A DNA stretch of 42,305 bases from a virus: the IMG/VR virus record IMGVR_UViG_3300047576_000060, one strand, 5' to 3'. The stretch's first letter is position 1; every line of letters starts with the position of its first letter. Under the pieces are notes generated by a model, which searched no databases, was not told where the DNA came from, and saw only the letters and a list, made by a program, of their open reading frames with translations. Below, piece after piece: positions 18,614 through 27,959 of this stretch. The translations under genes and the position numbers were made by a program.

Positions 18614-18795
18614 CGGCGAAGAAATACGACCCGAACAAGGATATTGAGTCGGCGCTCAAGAAGCTCCTTGAGGACAGCGTGGACCAGCCCTTCGACATGC
18701 GCTGCAAGGCTCTTAATACCGCCATCTCCTGGGAAAAAACAAAAAATGCCATACTAGACAACGCCGATAGCGAGTATGACCCGGAAAGTTACTAA
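18610..18795 (+). CDS. Small hypothetical protein
   Basis: 61 aa with a GTGA overlap. Confidence 0.45.
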   Translation: MTAKKYDPNKDIESALKKLLEDSVDQPFDMRCKALNTAISWEKTKNAILDNADSEYDPESY

Positions 18796-18804
18796 GGAGA
18801 CCCC

Positions 18805-19134
18805 ATGCCTACCAAAGACATCTTCTCGCGCCCGGTGCGCATGATCAGCAAGTACGGGAGCCTGGAGCGGCGCCAAGACCCGTTGGGCGTTGACACGTTC
18901 GAAATGCCGTGGCCGAAGCGCGTCGATGACCTGTCGAAAAAGTGCCCGGGCGGCACGCGCACGAACCAGGACTACGGGGTCACCAATTACCGGCCCGACC
19001 CCTCGCCCATCTGTAAGCCGAATGGCGGCTTTGCCTCGACCGATGGGCCCGCGCCGGACCGCGCGCAGGAGCTCGCCATGCCGCTACCCGTCGGCACCAA
19101 GCGGCGTTTGGGCCCCTTGAAAACGGACAAGTAG
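18805..19134 (+). CDS. Hypothetical protein
   Basis: 109-aa ORF with a GGAG RBS upstream. Confidence 0.5.
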   Translation: MPTKDIFSRPVRMISKYGSLERRQDPLGVDTFEMPWPKRVDDLSKKCPGGTRTNQDYGVTNYRPDPSPICKPNGGFASTDGPAPDRAQELAMPLPVGTKRRLGPLKTDK

Positions 19135-19136
19135 CC

Positions 19137-19442
19137 ATGCAGCCAGGCAACACAGGGTTTCACTACACGCACCTCTCTGGCGCCGGAACCACCGTCATCC
19201 TGGCCGGCATCGGGGCGACGCAAGGCTCTACGAGCTCGCCCGGGAACGTCGGCGTACTGGGCGGGGTTGAGATCAACACCGCCGGAACCACGGTCACGGT
19301 CTACGATGGCCCGAGCGCATCCTTCCCGGTGGTGGCGGTGTACGGGGCGATCACCGGCTGCTTCAACGTGCAAAAACAGTTGACCCAAGGCTTGACGGTG
19401 GTGATTGTAGGCACCGCAGACGTGACGGTGGCGTGGGCGTAA
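19137..19442 (+). CDS. Hypothetical beta-rich protein
   Basis: 101-aa ORF immediately upstream of the tailspike gene. Confidence 0.55.
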   Translation: MQPGNTGFHYTHLSGAGTTVILAGIGATQGSTSSPGNVGVLGGVEINTAGTTVTVYDGPSASFPVVAVYGAITGCFNVQKQLTQGLTVVIVGTADVTVAWA

Positions 19443-19443
19443 A

Positions 19444-21807
19444 GTGACGCAAGCGGTCGTCAACGTCGGCACGCTGCCCGGGGATGGCACCGGGGATAAG
19501 GGCCAAGTGCCCTTCTCCAAAGTCAACGCGAACTTCACCGAACTCTACGGCAACGCGCTCTTTGTCGGCGCCGATACCGGGGTGGTCAATGCCGCGCTGG
19601 TTGCCGCCATCGCGCCGAACCCGGCCTCCTTCGCGCTCTCGCTCAACACACGGCTTTTATTCACCCCCGCGATCGCAAACACCGGGCCCGCGACCTTGAG
19701 TGTGCTCGGGAACACGCCGACCGCCATCGTCAACGCGGCGGGCGCGCCGCTCATCGGTGGGGAGTTGCAGCCGCTCACCCCGACGCTCGTGCTCTATAAC
19801 GGGACCGCCTGGCAGATTCTGATCCCGAACACGGCCGCGCTTCTGACGCAGATCATCACTCAATCGATCATCGGTGCCGTGTTCTATCCGCGCACCGCGA
19901 ACGAGGGTAACGCGGCCGCCGCGATCTCGAGTTTCCAGTACCCGGAAGGTAATGTGCTGCGCTATGGGGCGGACCCGACAGGTGTGATGGCGAGCAACAT
20001 CGCGTTCCAAACGGCGATGGCGGTCGCGGTCAATTCAGCCGGCTCCTCGGGGCTTGGCAACTGCTCGCCCATCTACATTCCGCGCGGCCAGTACCTGATC
20101 AACAACAACACGCTCCCCGTGATGAATAACCCTTTAGGCCCCACCGGCAACGTGCGCCGCGGCATCATGGTCTATGGCGATGCGATGGGCGGCACGCGCA
20201 TCAATTGCGTCTCCGGCGGCAGCACCAACGTTTTCTGGTGGTTCAACCCCGCGTTGGATTCGCGCTTCACGACGACCGAGCAATCGTTCATCAACTTGTG
20301 TTTCCGGGACCTGTACTTTTTGGGCGACTTTCCGGCAAACGTGAATTTCTTCAACGCCTACCAGTCGCAGGGCTTCGATTTCGAGCGCTGCTACTTCAAC
20401 ACCTTCAACACGCTCCTCGCCTCGAACGGGGCGGCGGGCGGGGACTCGTGGAAATTTCGCCACTGCCGCGCGACCGAGGGCGGAAACGTGATCCTCGGCA
20501 ACAATCCGCAGATGGTCAACACCGAGTTCCACTCCTGCGACTGGGAATCCTGGTGGGGCAATATCTATTACTTCGGGCCCGGCGGCGGCGGGGCGATGCG
20601 CCAGTGGGGCGGCTCGATCATCATGTCGAATTCCACCGCCTTCACCGGGTCGGTGTCGGGCACGGTGCTCACCACGAGCGCACTGACGGGGACGATTCCC
20701 GGCTCCGGCGGCGTCATCGCGCCGATCGCATTGGGGATGGTCGTGCAGGGCGCGGGGGTGCCGGTGAACATGGAGATAACGGCGCAGCTCTCAGGCCCCC
20801 CGGGAGGCGTCGGAGGTACCGCGACCTGGACCGTCAACAACCCGGCCATCACCACGGTCGCATCGACTTCCATGACGACGATGGCGTACATCGTGAGTTT
20901 GAACGGCGGCACGGGCTTAGGGGGATTTAACGGTACCTACCTCATTGACGGCGTCCAGACGCAGCAGCAATCGACCCAAACCGGCACCTGCAATATCACG
21001 CAAGCGGGCTCGCAGGTGCCGGTGGTGTGTTTCCGGGAATCTAACTTCACTTCCGGCACCGTCTTGACCTCGCGCCTGATGGTCTCTGCGCAGGGCGGGC
21101 GGGTGCGCTTCGTGCGCTGCGGCTTGACGCAAAACCCCTCAGATACCTATTCGATGACGGGGAACGCGACTGGCGATCAGTACGGTGACCCGGGGACGCT
21201 GGAATTCTTTGATTGCAATGTACTCGCGACTCTGCCGACCTTGATCACGCTTGCCGCCTCGAGCGACGGCCTCATCTGGGGCACTGCGACCGCGCGCAAG
21301 TGTTTCCAGGGCGCCTACAATCCGGCCACCCCGCGCACCTCGCGCACTGCCTTGGACTTCGACTTGAACGGCGGCAATCAGGGCTTTTGCTCAAACGGCC
21401 GGGAGTTGCTGCGCGCCTGGTTCAAGCCCCTGAATCGGCAGTGGCCCGATTCGACCACGACGTTTAACTGGACGTTGACGCTTCCACCGGGCGCGCTCAT
21501 CGTGCGCACCTGTTTGAGCCGCACTGCGAATGCGGGCGGCGGCAGCAACACCTGGGTCGCCAACTTGGGCTACGGTACCGGCGGCACCTTGACGGCCTAC
21601 GGGTCGAGCGCCTCCTCCGCATTGAATGTGACCCAAACCTGGATCCAGGATTCAAACCCGGCCGGGAATTCGAGTACCGCGGTCGGCTTCCTCTTGCAGA
21701 CGAGCGGCACGTACGCGAACCAGATCACTCTCTCCGCGACCACCAGCGTTACCGGCGCCGCCGTCGGGTCCTTGGGTGAGGCGTGGGTCGAGTACTACAC
21801 GAACTGA
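19444..21807 (+). CDS. Tailspike / depolymerase with a pectate-lyase-like beta-helix
   Basis: The N-terminus VNVGTLPGDGTGDKGQVPFSKVNANFTELY is a common phage fibre anchor motif. NVLRYGADPTGVMASNIAFQTAM...IYIPRGQYLI matches the start of pectate-lyase-superfamily tailspikes. Confidence 0.75.
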   Translation: MTQAVVNVGTLPGDGTGDKGQVPFSKVNANFTELYGNALFVGADTGVVNAALVAAIAPNPASFALSLNTRLLFTPAIANTGPATLSVLGNTPTAIVNAAGAPLIGGELQPLTPTLVLYNGTAWQILIPNTAALLTQIITQSIIGAVFYPRTANEGNAAAAISSFQYPEGNVLRYGADPTGVMASNIAFQTAMAVAVNSAGSSGLGNCSPIYIPRGQYLINNNTLPVMNNPLGPTGNVRRGIMVYGDAMGGTRINCVSGGSTNVFWWFNPALDSRFTTTEQSFINLCFRDLYFLGDFPANVNFFNAYQSQGFDFERCYFNTFNTLLASNGAAGGDSWKFRHCRATEGGNVILGNNPQMVNTEFHSCDWESWWGNIYYFGPGGGGAMRQWGGSIIMSNSTAFTGSVSGTVLTTSALTGTIPGSGGVIAPIALGMVVQGAGVPVNMEITAQLSGPPGGVGGTATWTVNNPAITTVASTSMTTMAYIVSLNGGTGLGGFNGTYLIDGVQTQQQSTQTGTCNITQAGSQVPVVCFRESNFTSGTVLTSRLMVSAQGGRVRFVRCGLTQNPSDTYSMTGNATGDQYGDPGTLEFFDCNVLATLPTLITLAASSDGLIWGTATARKCFQGAYNPATPRTSRTALDFDLNGGNQGFCSNGRELLRAWFKPLNRQWPDSTTTFNWTLTLPPGALIVRTCLSRTANAGGGSNTWVANLGYGTGGTLTAYGSSASSALNVTQTWIQDSNPAGNSSTAVGFLLQTSGTYANQITLSATTSVTGAAVGSLGEAWVEYYTN

Positions 21808-21808
21808 C

Positions 21809-24571
21809 ATGCGACGCTACCAGCTCATCCCCGCCTACGCCCTGCAGACGCTCACCATCGTCTCGACCTCGCCGTTGCCCGCGGGCCAGGTGGGTGTGGC
21901 CTATTCGTTTGACTTCGGCGCGATCGGGGGTGTGCCACCCTATACCTGGTCGCTCGCCTCAGGCACCTTGCCGACCGGGTTGACGCTTACAGGCCCGGTG
22001 CTGTCCGGCACGCCGACTGCGGCCGGCCCGTACACCTTCACGATCAAGGTCCAAGATCAGATCGGCTCGACCTTCATGCTCGCCTTCACGATGACGGTAT
22101 CGGCCGCCGCGGGCGCGTATGTCAACCCCATCGGCGTGCTGATCCCTGCGGGCGGCGTAGGCGCGACCGATTATGAGAATCTGCCCTACATGGCGAATCG
22201 GGTGCGTGAGGGCACTTGGGGCTCGACCTCCGCCAACACGACGGTCGGTGCTTCCGGCTGGCCGACTGCGGACGGCACCTGGATTCTATGGGCCGGCGGT
22301 ACAAATGTGCCGTCTTGTTTCAATGCTAACCTCGCAAGTGTTGCGATCGCCGGCACCAGCGGTGAGTTTTCTTGCGCCTCCTCGACGCTGCCCGCTATCG
22401 GTTGGACTATCATGGTCTCAGGCACCGCGACGGGCACGCCGATTGTCGGCTACACAAACCCGAGCTTCTACACGATCAGTGCGGCGACTTCGACTAGCTT
22501 TACGCTCACCGCGATCGGCGGCGCTCCTATCACCACCACGCTTGCGGGCTCGACTGCGGGGTTGACCTTCACGATGCCCTTCATGTGCGGCTATATCGGC
22601 ACGGGCACGGTGACAGCGGCGGATTCGTGCTCTATCGGCAACATTGTGTATGGCAACGGCACAACCACCTATACGACGTTTGCTCTCTACAACATCACGG
22701 ATGACTTTGGCTTTACGTGGGCTGGCTCAACGGGCGGCATTACAAACATGTATGCCTACATCCCTGGCGGCTATACGGGGAATCCGAATGTGATTGAGCA
22801 GATCGTACTCGGTAACGGCTCGCCCAACCCCGCGATTATTTTCACGCCCACCGCACAGCACTATTCGCAGTTTGGCTCGATTAGCACCGAATGGCTCAAT
22901 GGCAATTGGTGGAACAGCAAACTCACCACGCATTCGAATCGCACCAGTCCTGCCAATTTCCAAATAAATCCCGGCTCGCCTCAAGGGATGGGTACCGGGC
23001 ATCAAACCGGGACGTTCACGGCGACCCCTGGGGCGGGGGCCACTAGCGCTGTCATCAGCAGTTGGAGTTTGGGCGCTGGCACGTGGGCCATGGGGCTCTC
23101 CGGCGATGTCATGAACAACGGCATCGGCTGGGTGATTGCGACAATCGCCAATATCTCGGGACAGTGGACAGCGACTTTTACGCAGCCCTTGGTCAATGCG
23201 GCGACTTCGGCGACTTTTAGCTACGGCGGCGATGGCGTGCCCATGGAGTGGCAGATTGCGCTGTGCATAGCCTCTAACACCAGCATGTTCATGAATACGC
23301 CGTTCTTGGAGGACGGCTCAAACTACGCCTGCGGTAGTTTCACCAATGATCTTTGGACACTCTGGCAAGCGGCGCGCAATGCTTATCCTTCATGGGCGGC
23401 TGGGACGAAACTTATACAAGAGATTGCGAACGAAATCTGGAACTCCGGAAACTACGCCTATCGCATGATGTATGTGCAGTACCTGACGACTTTCTATGGA
23501 TACACGGAGCCTTGGCTCTACATGGCTTACCGGATGCACGCCATTGCGAATGCGGGGCGCGCTTTCTGGGGCAGTCTGTGGGGCACCAGCATTCAAAACG
23601 TGTTCGCCTGGCAGACCAAGACTTCACAAACCGTGATGGCGCCGTTCAATGCCTATATCAGCACGCTAGGCGGCACCCCGTCCGCCGATGTGCAGTGGCT
23701 GTTCAACGCGCCTTATGCGACGCCCGCGCTGACCTCTGCCATGACGATCGCGCAGATTGAAGCGGCTACCGCCGTGACCGCACCGACGCAGGCGTGGTCG
23801 AGCGGTTGCGAGAATCGCTCAGCGGTCGCCTTTTATTATGGCCAGAGCGCGGGCGAGTACGAAGCGAATGTGGGCGAGTGGACGAATAGCGCCTACACGG
23901 GAATCACGAATCTTTCGCTCGCGGTGGTTGATCCGGGGATGCAGGCGCCCACCGCGACCTACGAGAACGCGCTCTTGAATGCAGGCTCGACGCTGACTTT
24001 CTGGAGCACCGGGGGTGTGGCGCACGCCGCGAACCCGATGACTAATAATGCGATCGGATTGGACTTCACGAACTCCTACGCGAATTTGATCGACAACACC
24101 AATGTGCCGGTGCTCGCGGCGTTGCAGCAGTTCATGGTGTCGGGTGGCATCTCTTGGAATCGCAATGTGGTGGGCGCGCCCGGTGCAGGCCCCTATACGA
24201 TCCAGGGCGGCAATTACTGCGATTCGAATGGCGGCACATGGCCCGGCATGCCCTCGAGCGGCAATCTATTCGGCTCACCGACCGGAGCCGCCTACTACGT
24301 CGGCTTCATCATCAACTGTACGAATCCCGGCGGTGGCACGTATGGCTTTGCGATTAATACGGTCACAGCGGGCGCCGTGACGACCAATGTGCAGGTCGCG
24401 AACTCACAGAACGGCAACACGGTGCTGCAAACGGGGCTTAGCGTCGCGAATGGCACTACGGCAGGGGTGAATGTGCCCTTGGTCTACGGCTCCAATTTGC
24501 TAGTGCTGGGCAATGGGACGGCGCAAGCGCACTGGACCGCAGGATCTAGCACGACGCTGGTCTTTACCTGA
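21809..24571 (+). CDS. Second large receptor-binding/enzymatic tail protein with an N-terminal Ig-like (He_PIG-type) domain
   Basis: ATG 21809 lies just after the tailspike stop (the ORF track starts at 21776). LPAGQVGVAYSFDFGAIGGVPPYTWSLASGTLPTGLTLTGPVLSGTPTAAGPYTFTIKVQD fits the putative-Ig pattern. Confidence 0.65.
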   Translation: MRRYQLIPAYALQTLTIVSTSPLPAGQVGVAYSFDFGAIGGVPPYTWSLASGTLPTGLTLTGPVLSGTPTAAGPYTFTIKVQDQIGSTFMLAFTMTVSAAAGAYVNPIGVLIPAGGVGATDYENLPYMANRVREGTWGSTSANTTVGASGWPTADGTWILWAGGTNVPSCFNANLASVAIAGTSGEFSCASSTLPAIGWTIMVSGTATGTPIVGYTNPSFYTISAATSTSFTLTAIGGAPITTTLAGSTAGLTFTMPFMCGYIGTGTVTAADSCSIGNIVYGNGTTTYTTFALYNITDDFGFTWAGSTGGITNMYAYIPGGYTGNPNVIEQIVLGNGSPNPAIIFTPTAQHYSQFGSISTEWLNGNWWNSKLTTHSNRTSPANFQINPGSPQGMGTGHQTGTFTATPGAGATSAVISSWSLGAGTWAMGLSGDVMNNGIGWVIATIANISGQWTATFTQPLVNAATSATFSYGGDGVPMEWQIALCIASNTSMFMNTPFLEDGSNYACGSFTNDLWTLWQAARNAYPSWAAGTKLIQEIANEIWNSGNYAYRMMYVQYLTTFYGYTEPWLYMAYRMHAIANAGRAFWGSLWGTSIQNVFAWQTKTSQTVMAPFNAYISTLGGTPSADVQWLFNAPYATPALTSAMTIAQIEAATAVTAPTQAWSSGCENRSAVAFYYGQSAGEYEANVGEWTNSAYTGITNLSLAVVDPGMQAPTATYENALLNAGSTLTFWSTGGVAHAANPMTNNAIGLDFTNSYANLIDNTNVPVLAALQQFMVSGGISWNRNVVGAPGAGPYTIQGGNYCDSNGGTWPGMPSSGNLFGSPTGAAYYVGFIINCTNPGGGTYGFAINTVTAGAVTTNVQVANSQNGNTVLQTGLSVANGTTAGVNVPLVYGSNLLVLGNGTAQAHWTAGSSTTLVFT

Positions 24572-25743
24572 TGGCCTCCGTCACCTACAACGGTTTTGCG
24601 GTTGCCACGACGACAAGCGGTTCTAGCTCGCTCGCGTGCAATTCTGCGCTTACCGTCAACACCGGGGATCGGATCGATGTGGTGGTGCAGCTCAACCTCA
24701 TTTATTTGAGTGACCTCAGCGTATCCGATAACCTCGGCAACACCTATGTGTACGCTGGAAGCCAGTTTACCTTCGTCGCCTACACCGCGACCACGATCCC
24801 GACCGCCGCGAGCATCACGGCGGCGGTGGCGGGCTCCTCGACCTTAGTCACCTTCAATAGCGCCGCTGCGAGTAACCCCTTTGCGGTGGGGCAATACCTC
24901 TACTTCACTGCGGCGGGTGGTATCACGGGACTTGATGGCAATATCGGTCAGGTGACCGCGATCGGCGGCGTGACGAGCGCCTGGACCGTGACGGTGAACT
25001 TATCGACGGGCGGCAGCTACACCACCGGCGGCACGGTCTCGGCGTCGAGCATTTTGCTCACCGGCAACTGGGCATACGCCTCCGGCACCTACGAGATGCA
25101 GCTCTCTGCGACCCAGCAGGTGTACGCGACCTTTGTCAACGGCTCGAACGTCGTCACCTGGCCGGGAGGGCTCAGCGCGACGACGACCACGAGCCTCAAA
25201 GTCGCGTACAACTCATCGGCCTATCAATCGCTCGCGTTTTACTACTGTTTGAACGCGATCGGCGGCTCAGCGACGATCACCGCTTCCAACTCCTACTCCG
25301 CCGTGATCATCAACGTGTATGCGCAGAATTTCTCGCCCGTGGGTGCCGTCTGGGGCAGCTTCGCCGGCTTCTCCGCGTTCACGATCGCGACCAACAGCAG
25401 CGTCACCTCGATCAACTCGGGGCTCATCAGCCTGCCGACCGTGCCCGTGCACATGATGGGATTTTGCGCCGATATTCAATCGGGCGCGATCCCTGCCACG
25501 GTCACGGCGGGCTCAGGCTTCACCAGCCGCAACGCCGTGTGGCTCGCGGGCACCGACACGGCCGCCCCGGCGCTCGCGGAGGATCAATACATCACGACCG
25601 GTGCGCCGCAAAGCCTCGCCGCCACATTCGGCGTACCGAGTCAAATTGAGTTTGACACCTTCGTCATGGGCGCGATGGCGTTTAATCTGAACCCGACGCC
25701 GCCGTACGTGTTTTACCGTAAGAACGTTCTGTACTTCATATGA
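24571..25743 (+). CDS. Tail fibre-like protein
   Basis: 390 aa, Thr/Ser/Ala/Gly-rich. TGATG overlap with the upstream stop. Confidence 0.55.
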   Translation: MASVTYNGFAVATTTSGSSSLACNSALTVNTGDRIDVVVQLNLIYLSDLSVSDNLGNTYVYAGSQFTFVAYTATTIPTAASITAAVAGSSTLVTFNSAAASNPFAVGQYLYFTAAGGITGLDGNIGQVTAIGGVTSAWTVTVNLSTGGSYTTGGTVSASSILLTGNWAYASGTYEMQLSATQQVYATFVNGSNVVTWPGGLSATTTTSLKVAYNSSAYQSLAFYYCLNAIGGSATITASNSYSAVIINVYAQNFSPVGAVWGSFAGFSAFTIATNSSVTSINSGLISLPTVPVHMMGFCADIQSGAIPATVTAGSGFTSRNAVWLAGTDTAAPALAEDQYITTGAPQSLAATFGVPSQIEFDTFVMGAMAFNLNPTPPYVFYRKNVLYFI

Positions 25744-25784
25744 TTTATCAACACCGCGAGAGCGGCTTTTAAAAGGAGAGACTT

Positions 25785-26261
25785 ATGGCCGCCAATGGCC
25801 TCATGTACACCGCCTCGTTTTCGAACGTCTCGATTACGAATGCGGCGCAAAATATCTGGGAACTGATCGCAGGGTCCGGTGCATCGGTCCTGATCCATTC
25901 GATCCGCTTGACCATCACGCCGACCATCACCTCAGGCGTCGCCCAGGACGTGCGGGCACTTCTGAACATTCAGAAGATCACCTCCACGGGCACGGGGGGT
26001 ACCGCCAAGACCCCGGCAGCGGTCAATAACCGCAACACGGTGGCTGCGTTACTCACCGCGAATAGCCTGGTGACGACTCCGGGAGCGGCCTCGACCGTGC
26101 TCGACAGTGAGAACGTGTCGATCATTGTGCCGTTCGAGCGTATTTACACGCCCGATCAGCGCTTGCCGATCGCACCGTCTGCGCGTATCGCTGTGAACCT
26201 TTCGGCGGGCTTGGGCGGCGCGTACAACGCTTCTTCGGAAATCTACTTCGAAGAAATCTAA
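25785..26261 (+). CDS. Hypothetical beta-rich structural protein
   Basis: 158 aa with an AAGGAGAG RBS. Confidence 0.6.
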   Translation: MAANGLMYTASFSNVSITNAAQNIWELIAGSGASVLIHSIRLTITPTITSGVAQDVRALLNIQKITSTGTGGTAKTPAAVNNRNTVAALLTANSLVTTPGAASTVLDSENVSIIVPFERIYTPDQRLPIAPSARIAVNLSAGLGGAYNASSEIYFEEI

Positions 26262-26267
26262 TAGGAG

Positions 26268-26286
26268 GGGGGGCGTCAAGCCCCCC
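26268..26286 (+). terminator. GC-rich hairpin (possible attenuator/terminator)
   Basis: GGGGGGC-gtcaa-GCCCCCC, a 7-bp stem, between two tail genes. No U-tract, and it overlaps the RBS region. Confidence 0.2.
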
Positions 26287-26291
26287 GTTCT

Positions 26292-27557
26292 ATGGGTGTG
26301 ATCGTACCGGTCCTGGTCAGCGCGGATACGATCTATCAGCGCGAGGACCACAACAAACGGTTGCTGATGTTCGGCAGGCCGGGGGTTGGGCAATACTATC
26401 CCCTGCAATTCCAGAGCCAGCCGTTGAGCGTGCAGCTCTCGGGGGACCCGTGGCTCGAGCAAGTGCACCGCCCGGCGAGCCCCGAGGCGGCGATCTATCC
26501 GTTCCGCCAGATCAACGTCCAGCAACCGGCGGGCCAGTCGCTATTCTTTCTCACGCCGAAAAGACCGCCGCCTGAATTCTTCTTCGACCGCTTTGCAAGC
26601 GTCTATTCGGTCACCGAGATTGATTCGCAGACCGAAGCCACGTTCGTAAACTCATCGCAGCCCTACCTTGCGTACGCGCAGGCGAAGCGGCCGGGAAATG
26701 CGTTCTTCGAGGATCACAGCCTTGAGACCGGGCAGACCAATCACCCCTATCCGCACGTCACGAAGATCGAGATCGGTTTGTTCCCGTATTCCTTCGAGGT
26801 GCCGGACTTAAACGATAACCCGTGGCTCGAACTCGTTCATAGGCCGCCGAACCCCGAGGCCGCGATCTACCCCTTTAGGCAGATTTATCAAACGGTGCCG
26901 GGACAGCCCTACTCACTTATCGCCTGGCGCTCGCGCAACTGGCCCTTGGAGCCGGAGCCGATTTGGCGCGTGCCCGACACCACGACCTTGAACAGTTTCC
27001 GTCAGATCACGGTTGTGCCCCCGCCGCCGCTTCCCACCACCTGCGTCAATGAATGGAGCGCGGACGGGCGCTTGAACTGGACGGCGGACGGCTACCCCGG
27101 GTGGAGCGCCGACGGGTACGAGCCCACGCCCTTAGAATGCGCGGTGACCTATTTCGCCGAAGTCGGGGTGAATGTCGGCACCTTGACCTACCAATGCTCG
27201 AACGACGGCGTGCCCTTAGGGTGGGTCATCACGGGCTACGTGCCCTATATCAACGTCGCCTACGCGGGGCAATACATCCCCCTGACCATCTCGAACGGGC
27301 CGTGCGTGGGGTCGACTCCCCTCACGGTCCCCAATGTGGTCGGCCTTTTCTACTATGACGCGCAGTTGGCGATTTTGGACGCCGGGTTCCTCATCGGCCC
27401 CCCGATCTGGGCGCTTTCGGGCACCGTGCTCCCGCAGTATGTGATTTCGCAGTCGATACCGGCCGGGACCCTTGTCTCGAACCAAACCCAGATACTGATC
27501 ACCGTCTCGGGTTTCCCCGTGATCAATCAACCGGGTATCATCACCCCAGTGCCATGA
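26292..27557 (+). CDS. Tail protein with an internal duplication and a C-terminal PASTA-like domain
   Basis: 421 aa. A repeat of about 32 aa occurs twice (DPWLE.VHRP..PEAAIYPFRQI). The C-terminal VPNVVGL..DAQLAILDAGFLIG...VISQSIPAGTLVSNQTQILITVSG resembles PASTA. Confidence 0.6.
   Translation: MGVIVPVLVSADTIYQREDHNKRLLMFGRPGVGQYYPLQFQSQPLSVQLSGDPWLEQVHRPASPEAAIYPFRQINVQQPAGQSLFFLTPKRPPPEFFFDRFASVYSVTEIDSQTEATFVNSSQPYLAYAQAKRPGNAFFEDHSLETGQTNHPYPHVTKIEIGLFPYSFEVPDLNDNPWLELVHRPPNPEAAIYPFRQIYQTVPGQPYSLIAWRSRNWPLEPEPIWRVPDTTTLNSFRQITVVPPPPLPTTCVNEWSADGRLNWTADGYPGWSADGYEPTPLECAVTYFAEVGVNVGTLTYQCSNDGVPLGWVITGYVPYINVAYAGQYIPLTISNGPCVGSTPLTVPNVVGLFYYDAQLAILDAGFLIGPPIWALSGTVLPQYVISQSIPAGTLVSNQTQILITVSGFPVINQPGIITPVP
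26442..26537 (+). repeat. Intragenic direct repeat, copy 1
   Basis: Encodes GDPWLEQVHRPASPEAAIYPFRQINVQQPAGQ. Imperfect copy at 26811-26906. Confidence 0.8.
26811..26906 (+). repeat. Intragenic direct repeat, copy 2
   Basis: Encodes NDNPWLELVHRPPNPEAAIYPFRQIYQTVPGQ. Confidence 0.8.
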
Positions 27558-27576
27558 CCGAAAGGATGAACTTGCC

Positions 27577-27807
27577 GTGAGCAAGATGGCGATTCTGATG
27601 TCCCACATGGAAGGGTTCGGGGTGCCGGGCTCAATCCCCACGGTGCGCAATAACCCCCTGGACCTGCGCCACGGGCCGAACGCGAGCCACCCACCGGACG
27701 ATCCGGACGGCATCGGCTACAACCAAATTCAGCTGTGGGCGACCACCACCGCCACCGGCGTCACCGTGGTAGGAACCGCAGGCAATGCCTGGATCGAGTA
27801 CTACTGA
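27577..27807 (+). CDS. Small chimeric ORF, possibly a remnant, ending in a tailspike-like C-terminal motif
   Basis: 76 aa. The last ~28 aa (NQIQLWATTTATGVTVVGTAGNAWIEYY) parallel the tailspike C-terminus (NQITLSATTSVTGAAVGSLGEAWVEYY). Confidence 0.4.
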   Translation: MSKMAILMSHMEGFGVPGSIPTVRNNPLDLRHGPNASHPPDDPDGIGYNQIQLWATTTATGVTVVGTAGNAWIEYY

Positions 27808-27959
27808 TGGACCGATCTTTAGCTTGGCTCTTGACCCTCTTTGGCGTGCTGACCGCCGCGGGGGTGGTGTGGGTGGGCTCGAGCATGGTGGCGCTGCAAG
27901 CGAAAGTCGCCGCAATTGATACCAAGGTCGACTTGCTCATCGAGGGGCACATCAAGTGA
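27807..27959 (+). CDS. Small single-pass membrane protein (holin/antiholin or spanin-like candidate)
   Basis: ATG 27807 forms a TGATG overlap (MDRSLAWLLTLFGVLTAAGVVWVG...). One TMD plus a short helix. Confidence 0.45.
   Translation: MDRSLAWLLTLFGVLTAAGVVWVGSSMVALQAKVAAIDTKVDLLIEGHIK

Noticed and set aside
21718-27804. Diversity-generating retroelement (template/variable repeat pair) explaining the duplicated tailspike C-terminus
   Set aside because: No reverse transcriptase is present in the genome. The differences between the copies are not adenine-specific and include an indel, and the similarity is mainly at protein level.
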